DNA of 63,006 nucleotides, counting the filler, from Octopus bimaculoides (Eukaryota): the NCBI RefSeq assembly GCF_001194135.2. It is 5 parts of 5 records of this genome, joined end to end, with 100 filler letters (N's around TTAATTAATTAA, not from the genome) between each part and the next. Parts side by side here need not be neighbours in the genome. Positions count along the whole stretch, not along the records: positions 6,013 to 32,197 come from NC_068985.1; 4 more parts are not named here. One strand, given 5' to 3'. Below the pieces are notes generated by a model. The model saw only the letters and a list, made by a program, of their open reading frames with translations, searched no databases and had not been told where the DNA came from. This document shows, piece by piece, positions 11,568-25,099 of the stretch (the first letter of the stretch is position 1; each line of letters starts with the position of its first letter). The position numbers and the translations under genes were made by a program.

Positions 11568-12179
11568 NNNNNNNNNNNNNNNNNNNNNNNNNNNNNNNNN
11601 NNNNNNNNNNNNNNNNNNNNNNNNNNNNNNNNNNNNNNNNNNNNNNNNNNNNNNNNNNNNNNNNNNNNNNNNNNNNNNNNNNNNNNNNNNNNNNNNNNNN
11701 NNNNNNNNNNNNNNNNNNNNNNNNNNNNNNNNNNNNNNNNNNNNNNNNNNNNNNNNNNNNNNNNNNNNNNNNNNNNNNNNNNNNNNNNNNNNNNNNNNNN
11801 NNNNNNNNNNNNNNNNNNNNNNNNNNNNNNNNNNNNNNNNNNNNNNNNNNNNNNNNNNNNNNNNNNNNNNNNNNNNNNNNNNNNNNNNNNNNNNNNNNNN
11901 NNNNNNNNNNNNNNNNNNNNNNNNNNNNNNNNNNNNNNNNNNNNNNNNNNNNNNNNNNNNNNNNNNNNNNNNNNNNNNNNNNNNNNNNNNNNNNNNNNNN
12001 NNNNNNNNNNNNNNNNNNNNNNNNNNNNNNNNNNNNNGAGGATGCGAAAAGGGGTTGCAGCTTAGATTTTTTACCTCATAATTCTAGTAAAAGTGGATTT
12101 AAATAATTTAGCTGTCGCTTGTCTCTGATAGATGATGCGCAAACATGTCATTTTAAGCGGTTCTATCACCGAGAGCCTC

Positions 12180-12835
12180 CCATCTCATGCAGCACGTCAT
12201 ACAGAGCATGGGTAAGAATCCTGGCACGGATGGAACCGTGACCAGCTTACTTGAATCTAAATCCTCGGATATGTTTTGTCACCAATATTTGGCATACGTC
12301 CTTATGGCAGCCAGTTTTTAGAGTCACAATCGCCGGAATGTACATTAACATCTACTCGATTATTAAGGTGAATGACCACCCATCGAGACATTCAGTGTCT
12401 CTTAACCCGTCAAAGTTGTCATCTCCCGTCTCTTGTCTATGTGCTGTCTCTTGATGCAGAAACTCGTGACATTGAGAAGTACGCGGATGATCTGTGTCTG
12501 TACATACGGACGACGTCACCAAACACATCGAGTTGTTCGTTAGTTTTCTAAGGAATTACGAAGCGTGGAACTAAATCCAAGCATTTGATGTTAGTAGCTT
12601 TGCAACACAACACATGGAGAGGTACACATGCCGTCCAAAAGTGTCATGGAACTCAGTATAGACGGACTGTTTTAATTGACTTCATCCATTTCTTCAAGTG
12701 TTCAAATAGCTAGATGGCCGTTCTCGCTTAGAAATAAACGGAGAGGGAGCTATCACAGAATGATCTAGCTATGGTTGAGAAGCCCATTATAATATCCATC
12801 GTATATGACAACCTGATCATCGTACCTTCCCCAGT
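12180..12835 (-). pseudogene. Possible decayed intronless coding relic of an unidentified protein
   Basis: About 218 codons with one frameshift and 8 stops: TGEGTMIRLSYTMDIIMGFSTIARSFCD...LFEHLKKWMKSIK...EQLDVFGDVVRMYRHRSSAYF...GHGSIRARILTHALYDVLHEM. CpG-richer than its flanks. Pattern recognition only. Confidence 0.3.
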
Positions 12836-14529
12836 TCATACCTGACCGAACTAAAGTGTCTAGTCTTCTAGTAGTTATGAAAAAGATGCATTGAACCGCC
12901 CATAAAGCAGTTTATTTGCAATCAAAAACCTTTATATTTAGTAAGAGAGCTAGGCATGCCGTATCGAAGGATGAATAAGCAGGTGCAGAGATGGCGGTAT
13001 GTCCAGCTACAGATTACGTTATGATATTCATACAAAAGTAGTGTACATATGACTTATTTACGTTCAGGTAAAGTCACAATAATTTTTTGAATATGATTTA
13101 TTGGTTTAATAGTACGACCCATTTGGTTATTTATAATTTCATAGTGCAATGCAAAAAAAGAAGCAGCACAAACAAATATCTTGGTAATATCTATTTGATG
13201 AATTCAGACGTCATTACGATGTAGAGAAAATGAAATTAAACAGAAAATAGCAGATATTCTATTTTTACACATATTTGCCCCTTTGTTCTCTGGCATCGCT
13301 ACTCTCCTGCTAGCTAAGTTAAGCTTCTTGTTAAAGAGAAATAAATATATTGTTATTTGTCAGGAGTAGCCAAGGGAAACAAAACAGTCAAATATCATCC
13401 CCAATGTCCAAATTTAGGTTCTGTGTGTAATCTAGCGTTTATTTACGTCTGCTATATTGCCAAAAGTTCATCGAATATTTCATTGTCTTTTATCAATAAA
13501 CCTACTTATTCTTAATACTAAGCCCAGTAATTCCACTCCAGTTAACAATGATAATATAGTTTCGATTTCCTGGAAATGATTCAGAAAATATCGGTAACGC
13601 CCAGAATTGACATTTAACCTTTTTTCTATAGACACGCATATAAATACGCTTCAATCTTCTTTGCCATTTACGCCCCACAAACACTACATTTCAGAATAAA
13701 TAATATTCATCACAAATATACTTCCACACCACATTCATAGTACCAGCAGTAAAACAGATACAACACAGCCTACATGCATTAGTTACAAGTATTACTTCGG
13801 TTGCATTCTCAGCAGTGCACTAGAGTTACACAATAGCAACATAATAGAAAAGCAAAAAGAAAAACAAGCAAACAAAAACACCTCTTAGTGAACAAATGCG
13901 AGTATGGTGTAATATACTTTAACTGGAAAAGTGGACCACAATTAATTGCCAAGCCACTAACAAGACTATTAAAAAAAACAGATAGACGTGAAGCAAACCT
14001 GGAGAAGAGGTATGTCATATATCAGGGCATGAATGGTGATAAACCGAGTTCATTTAATTGATCAACCGAACGATTAATCAAACAATCTATTAGATCATTG
14101 GTTAAATGGTTAACCATATGACAAATAAAAATAATTAAGTGAAATAGAACCAGTGCGTGTGTTTACTCTCTATATATTCATCCCCGAGGTAGAATTTTTG
14201 AATACACAAGTTCACACCGAAACTCAAACAAAACAAATACAAATACACTTTTACAACGTTATATGATGTTACAGAAACATCAGAAAATAATGTAAACATA
14301 TACGCGAAAACTAAACGACAAACACTAATTTCCCCAAAAGATAATACAAAAAACGAAAGCATTCACAATCAAACATACAACTAACATGTATAACACATAG
14401 ATGTACTGTGAGCTTACCGTAGATCTTTAGACAATGATTGTGAACCAGCTGCTCAATCTCAACCTTTCAATTGCCAGGAACCTTATTAATTAGTTTTCTC
14501 CAAGTTAGACTTTCCTAAACGACAAACTT

Positions 14530-17500
14530 CACTCACTCTTCCATTCCATCACACCCGATGCGACTATCTCAACTCCGTCCCTCCCTAATACGCTCCCTCA
14601 CCCTCACCACCAACCCCGTTACTCCATCCCCCACACACCTACCCCTCATCAGTTCCTCTCAACCTTCCACTACCCCATCACCCTCCCCTTCTGTCTCATC
14701 CACCCTTCTCCACTTCAATCTGTTGTTACAATTCCTCCAGATCTTCCCTTCTGAGGCGGAGTGCTCCCTCCTCAGTAGGGACCTGCGCTTTATCCCCCTC
14801 ACTCCATCCTGCAACGAATTTCGGACTTGTATCGATATCCACAGCATCGTGCGCCGTGTTAGGTTGTGTGCTCTATTCTGCGACACTCCACCGGCATCTA
14901 ATGAGGAGGACTGCTTCACCGACCTGGGCCGATGACTATCCCAGTGGACGCTTGCTCCTGGCCAGTTCCAAACAGTTGATCGTTTTGCGGGCGCCTGCCA
15001 GCATACTGTAGACCGGTTTGACTTTTCCAGTCGTCCCCGACATCTAAACATCTCCCCAGCCAAACTCTCGTCCCTTGATCTCTCCGCCGACGCAAAGACA
15101 TCATCATAAAATCGGCCGACAAGGGTGGAGCCGTAGTGGTGTGTCACGCGGACCTCTACAAGGCTGGACCTCTCCGCCAACTTCAAGACACTTCCTTCTA
15201 CTGCCCTCTGCTCTCCAACCCCATTTTCCATGACCTCATCTCCTGCAGCCTCTTCCCCAACACCTTCAATCTCTTTATCCGCATCCCTCGCACCCCACAA
15301 TTTACTTCCTCCCCCAAATCCACAAACCTAACAACCCTGGCCACCCCATCATCTCCACCTGCAACTTCCCCAACGAACTCATCTCCAGATATCTTGACCG
15401 TGCCTTGCCTTCCCTCTCACATTCATGATACCAAACATGCTCTTCATCTGTTCAACTCTTTCTCCTTCCCTACTGGCCCCTCCAAACTTCTCTTCATTCT
15501 TGACATCCAGAGCCTATACACGGTGATCCCACAACACGACGGGCTTCGAGCACCCCAACATTACATTGACCTCCGACCAAACCTCCAAACTGACACATCC
15601 ACACTTCTTCGTCTGGCCGAACTTGTTCATTCCCATGACTGCTTCTCGTTTGTGGGTGATTTTTACCAGCATTCTCCGGAGTGGCTATGGTAACGAGAAT
15701 GGGCCCCAACTATGCGAAAGTGTTCTTTGGTTACGTTGAAGCCCAAATATTCTCAAGTTTCAGTGGTCCTAATCACGAAATATATGGTCCTTATATTGAC
15801 GACTATATCGGTGCGACCTCACACTCCCGCGAACAACTAGATTCCTCCCTTTCTTTTGTCCAATCTTTCCATCCTGCCCTCCACTTCTGCACTATTTCCG
15901 ACACTTCTGTCGACTTTTTCAAAATTTCGGTCAACGTTCATCATTCCACTCTCACCACCTCCATCCACTACAAACACACAAAATCACACTCATACCGCAT
16001 CTTCCCCTCATCGCACCCCAAGCACACTAAGCTCTCCACCCCCTATTCCCAATTCCGCCGTCTGCGCGGGCTCTGCAGTGACAACAAAGGCTTTGAGACT
16101 CAGTCTCAACTCATGACTCATCACATCATCCTACGTGGGTATCCCCTCACCACTATCCACACCGCCCTTGCCATAGCACTTCCGTGGGCCTTGCATCTGC
16201 TCTCTCCCACGCTCCTGCCCCGCTGTCACTGATCTCCCTTTCCCCCTCACCTACCACCCCTCCACCCTACCTCTCCAACGCACAATTCTCCGCGCCTTCC
16301 GGCAACTCTATTGCGACCACCCCACTTCACACATCTTCCTTAACCGAGCACACAACCTACGTGACCTAGTCACAGTTTCTTCCCTAACCTAACCTCCCAA
16401 CCCAGCTCGTTCCCCTGCTTCCGCCCACGCTGCCACACTTGCCTTTAACTCTCCAACACCATCATCTTCACCGGCACTCATCATCGACCCTATCATATCA
16501 CTGACTCCTTTATCTGCACTTCTAGCAACGTCCTCTACTGCATCTCCTGCTCTCTCTGTCCTTCTCTATACATCAGTCAAACGGGACACCGCCTGGCAGA
16601 CCGGTTCGCGGAACACCTCTGAGACATCAGACGCAGCAACGACACCCCGGTCTCGTGCCATTTCCGCTTTACCGGTTATTCTTTACATCACCTGTCTGTG
16701 TTCCGATTGTCCTTGCACAAGGGCCATACGGACTCCCGTCTTCGCCGTGAACAGGAAATAATCTTCTCTTTTCGCTCCTTTTGCCCCACATTGGCACAAC
16801 CCCCTCCCCGCTTCATCTAACCCCCTCCTACCTTCGCTTCCTCTCACACCTATTTCCTCCCATCACTCCTACCCAACGCTCCTATCCTCACTTGCTCTGA
16901 GACCTTCCTCTCTTCACTCCTGCCAACTGTCTCCCTTCCACCCTCTCCCTTCATCGCCGCCCATCCATTGTTACCCCACTCATACACATTTCCACCCCAC
17001 CATCCCTACACATACCATCCCACCCACACCATCCCATATATTCCACTCCCACATACCCCATCCCATCATCACACCTCACTCCCACATAGCTCACCCTACC
17101 CTCATACCCCACTCACACATAACCCCCACCTACCTCCATTCTCACCCAACTCAAATCCTACTCTTGCTTCCCCTACCCTCGCCTCACCCACACCAAAATC
17201 ACCATACCACACTACAACCCATCACACCACACCAAACACTACCATACCACCCCACATCACTCCACCTCGCACACAGTAGCACTGACCACTTCCCAGCACC
17301 CACAACATCATCCACACACCTAGACATGCACACGTCAAGGTCACCAGCTCCTATCCGCACGCACATACACGCTCTCACATACACACGCATGCGCACCTTC
17401 GTATTGGATCACCACTGCATTGTTTTTATCTCCGTTGCTTCCTAACTCTCCTGTCTGACCACCTCTGTCTGGCATTCGCCATGATTGATCGCTAGCCACT

Positions 17501-17645
17501 AAACCTTTTTTTTTATTTCTGTTCTTTTCTGTTGAAGAGAGTAGGTTTGAAACGTTGTAGACTCTCATTTCTCGAGCGTTAAACTAATACATTGTTGTTT
17601 ACACACCTGTCTTCGCCTTTTGTTCTTTTTGTAAGTTCCAACTAT
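14530..17645 (+). mobile_element. Penelope-like element, near full length, frameshifted (RT, GIY-YIG, pLTR-type 3' end)
   Basis: KSADKGGAVVV, LFILDIQSLYTVIP, MGPNYA, PYIDDYIG, TSIHYKHT, YSQFRRLR, YCISCSLCPSLYISQTGHRLADRFAEH. The terminus carries a degenerate hammerhead motif (17529-17555) and abuts (TA)n. Confidence 0.92.
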
Positions 17646-17648
17646 ATA

Positions 17649-17684
<36 letters not shown>

Positions 17685-17695
17685 NNNNNNNNNNA

Positions 17696-17726
<31 letters not shown>

Positions 17727-17759
17727 TTATATTGTGTAGGTGTGAAGTAGAGGGGTTTA

Positions 17760-19094
17760 ATACCTCTGAGGATAATTACATCCAAAGTGGCTCCTGGTTA
17801 TTATTTGGGTAGGTACAGTCTTTTGTAAGGTTGTACGGGAACAGGTGGTTCGGTTGGTAAACCGTAGTTTAGGTTATATAGGAGAAGAAAATGGATGTAA
17901 TAACAAGGGGAAGCTCGTGGTTTTCGCTGGTAAGCCTTTAATTGAATTAGATAACAAAGAAGTAGGAAGCAGAGATGAAGGTAGTATTTACCATTGTTTC
18001 GAATTACTGGTTTAAGTAAATCTCTCCAATATGGGAATATAGATAGATGCATCGGCTAGAATGCGAAAATAATTGATACATATATGATGGTAATATAAAC
18101 AAAGGTAGTAAGTCTTACATTGAATTTTGTTCTTGCGCTGGTAAATTCGCTGGGTAGCTGTTTGATTTTAGTAGACTGGTTAGTTTCGTTTTGTAATTAG
18201 GGCGGGCTGAGTATTTTTATGTGTGGGGTTCCTAGTTTGATTAAGCACACTTTTTTTGCGCGTGTGTATTCAATTTGTTTATATTCTGCAGTAGGTTATC
18301 ACCGGCGGTGTAGGTGAAGGGGGGTAACTCTAAAAGGGTGAAAAGGGAGCTAACTCCTACCAAATTTTTATCGGACTAGATGGGGTGGTTAAAAATGTAT
18401 TATGGCTAACAATTATCTTATTGCTAGACTTTAGGAAGTTCTTAGTGCTAGGAGGGGCCCTATGTATGTGCAAAGTGTATTATTATGAAATGTGAGGGCG
18501 AGTGGGTTTGCGGTGTGACTATTTGTTTGAAAGTATTTAATGTTTTCCAGTTAATTAGACTTATATAGATGAGTATTCAAGTTTGGGATTATGAAAGATA
18601 TAAAGGCTTGCATGAAGACAAAGAAAGTTGTTCTCAAATTTTCTGTCCAGAAGGGTATGTGTTGACGTAAGTATAGCTAGGCGTTCTGATATACAAAGAG
18701 CGCAGCGTCTATTGCGGTGTTGTAGTAGGTTATTTTTGTGAGTATACGCCAGTTTCAACTATAATCAATTTTTTTATCTTTAAGTTCCCAAATGCATGTA
18801 TTAAGCCCTGTTGAGTTAGCCTTATTCCTATCTCTGAAGCTCGATTGGTGTGCATTATATCTGAGAATTATTTGGTTCTTAGTGGCATATATATATAAAT
18901 TATTTTCGCATCGTAACCGATGCGTCTATCTATATTCCCATTCTGAAGAGATTTACTTAAACCAGTAATTCGAAACGATGGTAAATACTACCTTCATCTC
19001 TGCTTCCTCTTTCTCTATTATCTAATTAAATTAAGGGCGTACCAGCGAAAACCACAAAACCACGAGTTTCCTCTTTTTATTACATCAATTTTCG

Positions 19095-19095
<1 letters not shown>
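17760..19095 (-). mobile_element. Second Penelope family: 5'-truncated GIY-YIG end flanked by inverted pLTR copies
   Basis: Minus-strand RRCALCISERLAIL...LLDRKFE...CLH. Inverted repeats of about 200 bp at about 17890-18090 and 18885-19095. Confidence 0.8.
18940..18986 (+). ncRNA. Minimal type I hammerhead ribozyme motif with intact core
   Basis: AUU-CUGAAGA-GAUUUAC(UUAAACCA)GUAAUUC-GAAA-C(GAUG)G-UA^AAU. Helix I 3 bp, helix II 6 of 7 pairs, helix III 2 bp, GUA cleavage triplet. Confidence 0.65.
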
Positions 19096-19157
<62 letters not shown>

Positions 19158-19653
19158 NNNNNNNNNNNNNNNNNNNNNNNNNNNNNNNNNNNNNNNNNNN
19201 NNNNNNNNNNNNNNNNNNNNNNNNNNNNNNNNNNNNNNNNNNNNNNNNNNNNNNNNNNNNNNNNNNNNNNNNNNNNNNNNNNNNNNNNNNNNNNNNNNNN
19301 NNNNNNNNNNNNNNNNNNNNNNNNNNNNNNNNNNNNNNNNNNNNNNNNNNNNNNNNNNNNNNNNNNNNNNNNNNNNNNNNNNNNNNNNNNNNNNNNNNNN
19401 NNNNNNNNNNNNNNNNNNNNNNNNNNNNNNNNNNNNNNNNNNNNNNNNNNNNNNNNNNNNNNNNNNNNNNNNNNNNNNNNNNNNNNNNNNNNNNNNNNNN
19501 NNNNNNNNNNNNNNNNNNNNNNNNNNNNNNNNNNNNNNNNNNNNNNNNNNNNNNNNNNNNNNNNNNNNNNNNNNNNNNNNNNNNNNNNNNNNNNNNNNNN
19601 NNNNNNNNNNNNNNNNNNNNNNNNNNNNNNNNNNNNNNNNNNNNNNNNNNNNN

Positions 19654-19687
<34 letters not shown>

Positions 19688-20992
19688 ATCCACTTCTTCA
19701 CAATTAGTAAATTTTGTCATGAGATGTCAGGGACTTGCAGTCTGGCGTTTCACAAACTGCAGATGTTACAAATATTTTTATGCAGAACAATATCTGGGAC
19801 TGTACTAATGTCCAGTTTACGAAATACTCATTTCAAAATGGATTGCTCGATTTTCTGCAGTTCAAATATCTTACAACCATTGTAGATCATTTCTTTCCCA
19901 ACCGACCGATTTTCTGTCATCTGCTCTAAGTCTTCACTATTCCCACTAAGATTCTTAAGTGGCTTTTGACGGGCATAAAGTGAACCTGAGATAATCCATA
20001 CGTATAAATTGATCCATATTCTCTCTAGAACCCTAAAACTATCTCAAATTTGCTATTTGTGACTTAGCGTTCTTTATCGGATCTCAAGCAGGCTTGTATG
20101 TTTTGGCACAGTTCCCTGAAAATGTTTGATTTAACACGCTCATTAATGTAAATGGTAATATGACTGTATTATCTTGATCGCATTATATACGTACTTTATA
20201 TGTGACTGAGCATAATTTTTTTACATAGAATACGCATTATGTTATTTCTTCATCTCTATGAACTTTGCAGGAACCGGTTAGTTATTTCATGTTGAAATGA
20301 ATAAATAAACAGATAATCCATCATTCATGTACCCCCATATCAATGTTGTCGATATTTAACTCAAAACAACTCCTTCAAAAACCAAAAAAAAAAACCCCAA
20401 AAGAAGACAAAACAAAACAATAAAAGCCAAAACAAGACAAAACAAAACAAAAAACAAATACAAATACGAATAGCCACAGCCTTTATTATGAGACGTCAAT
20501 CAACAAAATTTAGGGTTACTTGTTTCAAAATTCATATTAATGTACTACGGATTCAAATTAACTTTACCTAATGAATGATATGTGATTCACTGAAAGTAAT
20601 GTCTATTTGCTCAAAATGGTAGTATATTTATTGGAATATTCACCAAGTTTTACAATAATATGATACGCCTCTATCGCGTAATATGTCTAATTTCATTTTA
20701 CTAAATATGATACTTAAACAATAAAAACATATCAAGACTAAAAAAAATAAGGAAAATTAAAATCTCCAAACACGGTAAAGAATGATTTACAGTCACTATT
20801 GTAGCCAGTTTGGCTACAGAATTCAATATCTCATGCTAGCCATGCGTTTAACAGCAGTATTTGCCTATACTGTCTATGATCAATAAGTAAATTACCTTTC
20901 GTTTTGTGTTTTTTTTAATTTTCACTTCGCTGTTTATTTATTTAGAAAGATTTATAGAGACTTTGTAGCGGCTACTCGTTTTCATTGTATAT

Positions 20993-20995
<3 letters not shown>

Positions 20996-21064
<69 letters not shown>

Positions 21065-21083
21065 CAACAACAACAACACCACC

Positions 21084-21115
<32 letters not shown>

Positions 21116-21165
21116 CTCTCTCTCTCTTTCTCACACACACAAACAAACACACACACAATCACACA
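20996..21165. repeat. Compound microsatellite (CA)n(CAA)n(CAC)n(CAA)n(CT)n(CA)n
   Basis: Directly visible. Confidence 0.95.
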
Positions 21166-21714
21166 CATACATATGGGCATATATATGTATATTTGTTTAT
21201 AATTATGTATGTATGCAGTTTGTATAGATGTATGTACAAACGCACAGAAATTATGCTGCGATTTATACAGAATTATTATTTTCGATTATCTGCTTACCAT
21301 ATTTACTATTTTAATCTTGTATGTTTATAAAATATTTTTGTACCGTGCAACATCTTGAGTCGGCAAATTATTTGAAAACGTTACAGACAGAAAATGTATT
21401 AGTAATTTTATGTCTGACATATTGATAAAGCAGGACGTTAAGTTTAAGTGATAGAAACAGTAATATAGTTTATGCTCCAAGCTTAAATATATCTGGAGTA
21501 TTTATTAGAGAAAATCGAATATCATCGTAATTTAGCTTAAATCCATTGGCAATTACGATAAAAACAACGAAAAGTACAAAACTAATGACCTGTTTTGTGC
21601 AAAAGTTGATTTAATCGACTGTACTCACACCTAAATCCATTACAGTATCTCAATGTTTCACACAATTCGTAACGTTATTATGATTGTACTAAATCATAAC
21701 CGTACCGGACCCAA

Positions 21715-21845
21715 TACTGAGCGGTATTTCTCCTGCCTGTGCAATTTCCGTCAAGGTCGACTTTTTCTGTCGATGAAATAAGTACCATTTGAGTAGTGGG
21801 GTCAAAGTAATCGACTTCCCCCTCACCTCAAAATTTAATGTTGGT
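21715..21845 (+). mobile_element. SINE family B, partial copy
   Basis: AAGGTCGACTTT...GATGAAATAAGTACC...GGGGTCAAAGTAATCGACT...CAAAATTT. Confidence 0.7.
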
Positions 21846-22439
21846 ATTATTTCAAGTTTAGAGAGGCTATTATCAATGGGTCAGTGACCAGAATTAGTTC
21901 AGAGATTCAAATTCACAAGAGTCAGACTTTTCTGTGCCATATAGCATTTTATGTGTGGAATATGTGTGTCACCTTGACCGAGGCGTTAGTTTGTATTTTG
22001 GCTAACGTTCTTTTATGCCGTGGTTTTCCCTAATGTTCTGTTGGTAGATAAATATGTAGATATTCTTCCAAATGGAAATTTTTTACCGTCACACTTTACT
22101 ATATAGACATTAGCTGTTACCATGTATGTATATGCATCTATTTCGACATTATATATAAACAAATTTTATATAAATTTCTAATTGAATGTAGAATATGAGT
22201 CATGGAATTGGGCAGCATTATAAATATTGTGGGTTTTGATTTTATTTGTATTACTTTCTAGAATTTCTTGAATTATCAGGTGGTCTACCAGTGTAACTAA
22301 TACAAAGGGTCTATCGACCACATGAGCCGAAAATTATCCAAATGCTACTCGAACTCCTCCCACACTTTTCCTATGGGGCCCAAAACTTTAGAGCAACCGC
22401 CTTGAATGTTGTCACTATGAGTGGGACTAGAACAGCTAA

Positions 22440-22498
22440 AGAGAAAAAGAGAGAGAGAGAGGGAGAAAGAAAGCGAGAGAGAAAGAAGGAGAGATAAA

Positions 22499-22540
<42 letters not shown>

Positions 22541-22615
22541 AAGCAAGAGAGAAAGAAGGAGAGAAAAAGAGAAAGACAGAGACATGCAGAGACAAAAAGA
22601 GGGAGAGAGAGAAAG
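22440..22615. repeat. GA-rich microsatellite tract
   Basis: Directly visible. Confidence 0.92.
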
Positions 22616-22989
22616 ACTGTGATTATAGGCAGAGAACTGGCGCAACATTAACTAAGCTTGACCGGAAACATTAGCCTACCTCTTTCTTAGTGGCCACCGA
22701 CCATGGAGCAGATACACTTCATATTAATAATACGAGAGGAATTGAAAATGGTCTCTACTTCGGTAACTTTGGTTATTTCGGCAATTACTCTTGCGTCAGG
22801 CCTTGAAAACAATAATAAAACGCCTCTAGATGGGTATACATGGAAAAATGTAGCTGGGCAGATCGTGTCAGTAGTCTACTAAGAAGAGGCATAACTTTGA
22901 AAGTTAACGAAAAGCAATATCAGAAATACTAGTGTGAGACCTAGCGCAGCTTAACTGAGTGGATGGAATATCTCCGTACCTTGGTTAGT

Positions 22990-23410
22990 AATAATATAGT
23001 GATAATGCTACAAAAATCACCACTCAAACGGCCTCTATGAATGAAACGTCTGAAAGAAATCTAATAGATAACAAGTTATATGGGACTGGAATAAGTGTTG
23101 ATGGTGCCATGTCCGGCAGTTTTGCCACTGAGTTGCATGAAAGGCCCGGTTGTCAAACTGCGACCTCTAGTATAAGAATAATCGAGGAAAAAGTATCGCA
23201 AAGATATCCATGTGACTACTATGGAGTGCAATTGTATAAATCAAACGACAGATGAAAATGGAGTAACAACAAGGGAAAATTGAAAAAGATATACTGCGAC
23301 TGACAACAATGAAGAATATTTGAAATAGGATTATACAACCATGCCAGAAGGTTAACGATATCTGGTGAAGAAATACAGGCCTCAAAATGATTGAGTGTAA
23401 ATTACCTGAC
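22990..23410 (+). mobile_element. Highly decayed RLE-type LINE C-terminal fragment
   Basis: MSGSFATELHER...CDYYGVQ...KW weakly echoes the HIxSGC..LA..EY..RH..IHW.LC..YG..KW layout of the R4 copies. Confidence 0.3.
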
Positions 23411-23444
23411 GACCACATTGCAAAACAACAATGCCATATTGCAC

Positions 23445-23990
23445 TACCTAACAGTGGCTCTCATGGCTTCCGATCTTAACTGATTGGAAGTGTTATCATT
23501 GTCTTGTCTTGGTATAAAAGATGGGATACACCAAATATTCTGCTCAATGCCACAGATTTGCTTGTCAGTTGTTTGACCTTAATCAGTTAAGCATGTCTCT
23601 TAGCGGCTAACGATATGTGTATCTTTGATCACGAGCAGAAGTGGTGGGGGAGCATCATAGCCATATATTGAGAAGAATTCTCTGAGGTTTGGATTATTCA
23701 TCTTTGGAAACACGGGTGTTTCGTTCAGCATCCCTAAAAAACCCATAGTCAGGGATCTTCTGAGCGGAATGGAGTACTCGACCAGAAAAAATTTCTAACT
23801 GGGCTCCACCTGCAATATCATGCGCTATTTATCTTGATATGAAATCACCATATCGCGCACATATGTTTGTGATGCGTGCTTGGTATACCCTTATCAGACG
23901 GGTAGTCATGGTGGGTATATTGGGCTTCATATATTTTACCCCAGTGTCACTTTGATGGCATATTAGAAGCCACGAATGCCTCTGTCTGGT
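23445..23990. repeat. Probable dispersed interspersed repeat of unknown class
   Basis: Recalled as an abundant octopus repeat (unverified). No ORF; composition differs from the flanks. Confidence 0.35.
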
Positions 23991-24088
23991 ACTGCATCAG
24001 GGCATTGATGTTTTGCATTGTCGTTGTCTTTAAAATCCTCTCTATATATGGACATTGCTGTTTCGTCTCGTTCTCTCATTTATGCTTC

Positions 24089-24554
24089 TACTCTTTTACT
24101 CTTTTACTTGTTTCAGTCATTTTGACTGCGGCCATGCTGGAGCACCGCCTTTAGTCGAATCAAATCGACCCCAGGACTTATTCTTTGTAAGCCTAGTACT
24201 TATTCTATCGGTCTCTTTTTGCCGAACCGCTAAGTTACGGGGACCTAAACACACCAGCATCGGTTGTCAAGCGATGTTGGGGGGGGGGACAAACACAGAT
24301 ACACAGCATATACACACATACATATATATATATATATACATANNNNNNNNNNACATACATATATATATATATATACATATATATACGACGGGCTTCTTTC
24401 AGTTTCCATCTACCAAATCCACTCACAAGGCTTTGGTCGGCCCGAGGCTATAGTAGAAGACACTTGCCCAAGGTACCACGCAGTGGGACTGAACCCGAAC
24501 CCGGAACCATGTGGTTGGTAAGCAAGCTACTTACCACACAGCCACTCCTGCGCC
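24089..24554 (-). mobile_element. SINE family A, full length (tRNA-like head, internal microsatellite, AAAAGAGT tail)
   Basis: Reverse complement of the 29484 copy. Head GGCGCAGGAGTGGCTGTGTGGTAAG, tail (ACTCTTTT)2 on the + strand. Confidence 0.93.
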
Positions 24555-25099
24555 TATGCATCAACAATAATTATAAATGCGAATGAAACTTCAACACATG
24601 TCCATTTCCGTTGTTCTCTCAGAACATATACACTGTAAAGTCGGACCAATCTCTTAATGTCACTGCCCAAACGAATAACAAATCCCCAAAAAGAACGATG
24701 GACAGATAAACATGAATACCACAAAATGGTCGATTTATGATTTACGTACACCATAATGCAACACTTCTTCCTTCAGAAACATACAGGAATAAACTCATAC
24801 ACTAAATATCCAATAAATTGAACGAATCCCACGGCACGTGCCGTAGAAGTCCGATAACAAAACGAACACAACCTGCATTGCGCAAACAACATACAATACA
24901 AAACTTATTACAAGAAAGACTCAAAACAAGCCCTCATAACAAAACATACGGATGCAAGACAATATTCCCCAAAGGGGAAAAATGCAGCACGCACCTCACC
25001 GGCACGAAAGTGCAGCAAGTGATGCTACAGAAAGTTACTTGAAACTAACAGATGTCAAATAATAATAGTGGTGATGATGATGACGAATGTTGCCTTATG

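Noticed and set aside
16800-17400. His/Pro/Thr-rich ORFs
   Set aside because: C/A-rich low-complexity 3' region of the Penelope element.
19730-19990. Minus-strand exon-like frame SLYARQKPLKNLSGNSEDLEQM...
   Set aside because: Weak splice sites, internal stops and no recognisable domain.
22755-22890. MVSTSVTLVISAITLASG... as the missing signal-peptide exon of the GON gene
   Set aside because: No phase-1 donor, it lies on a different joined scaffold, and it sits next to a decayed LINE-like region.
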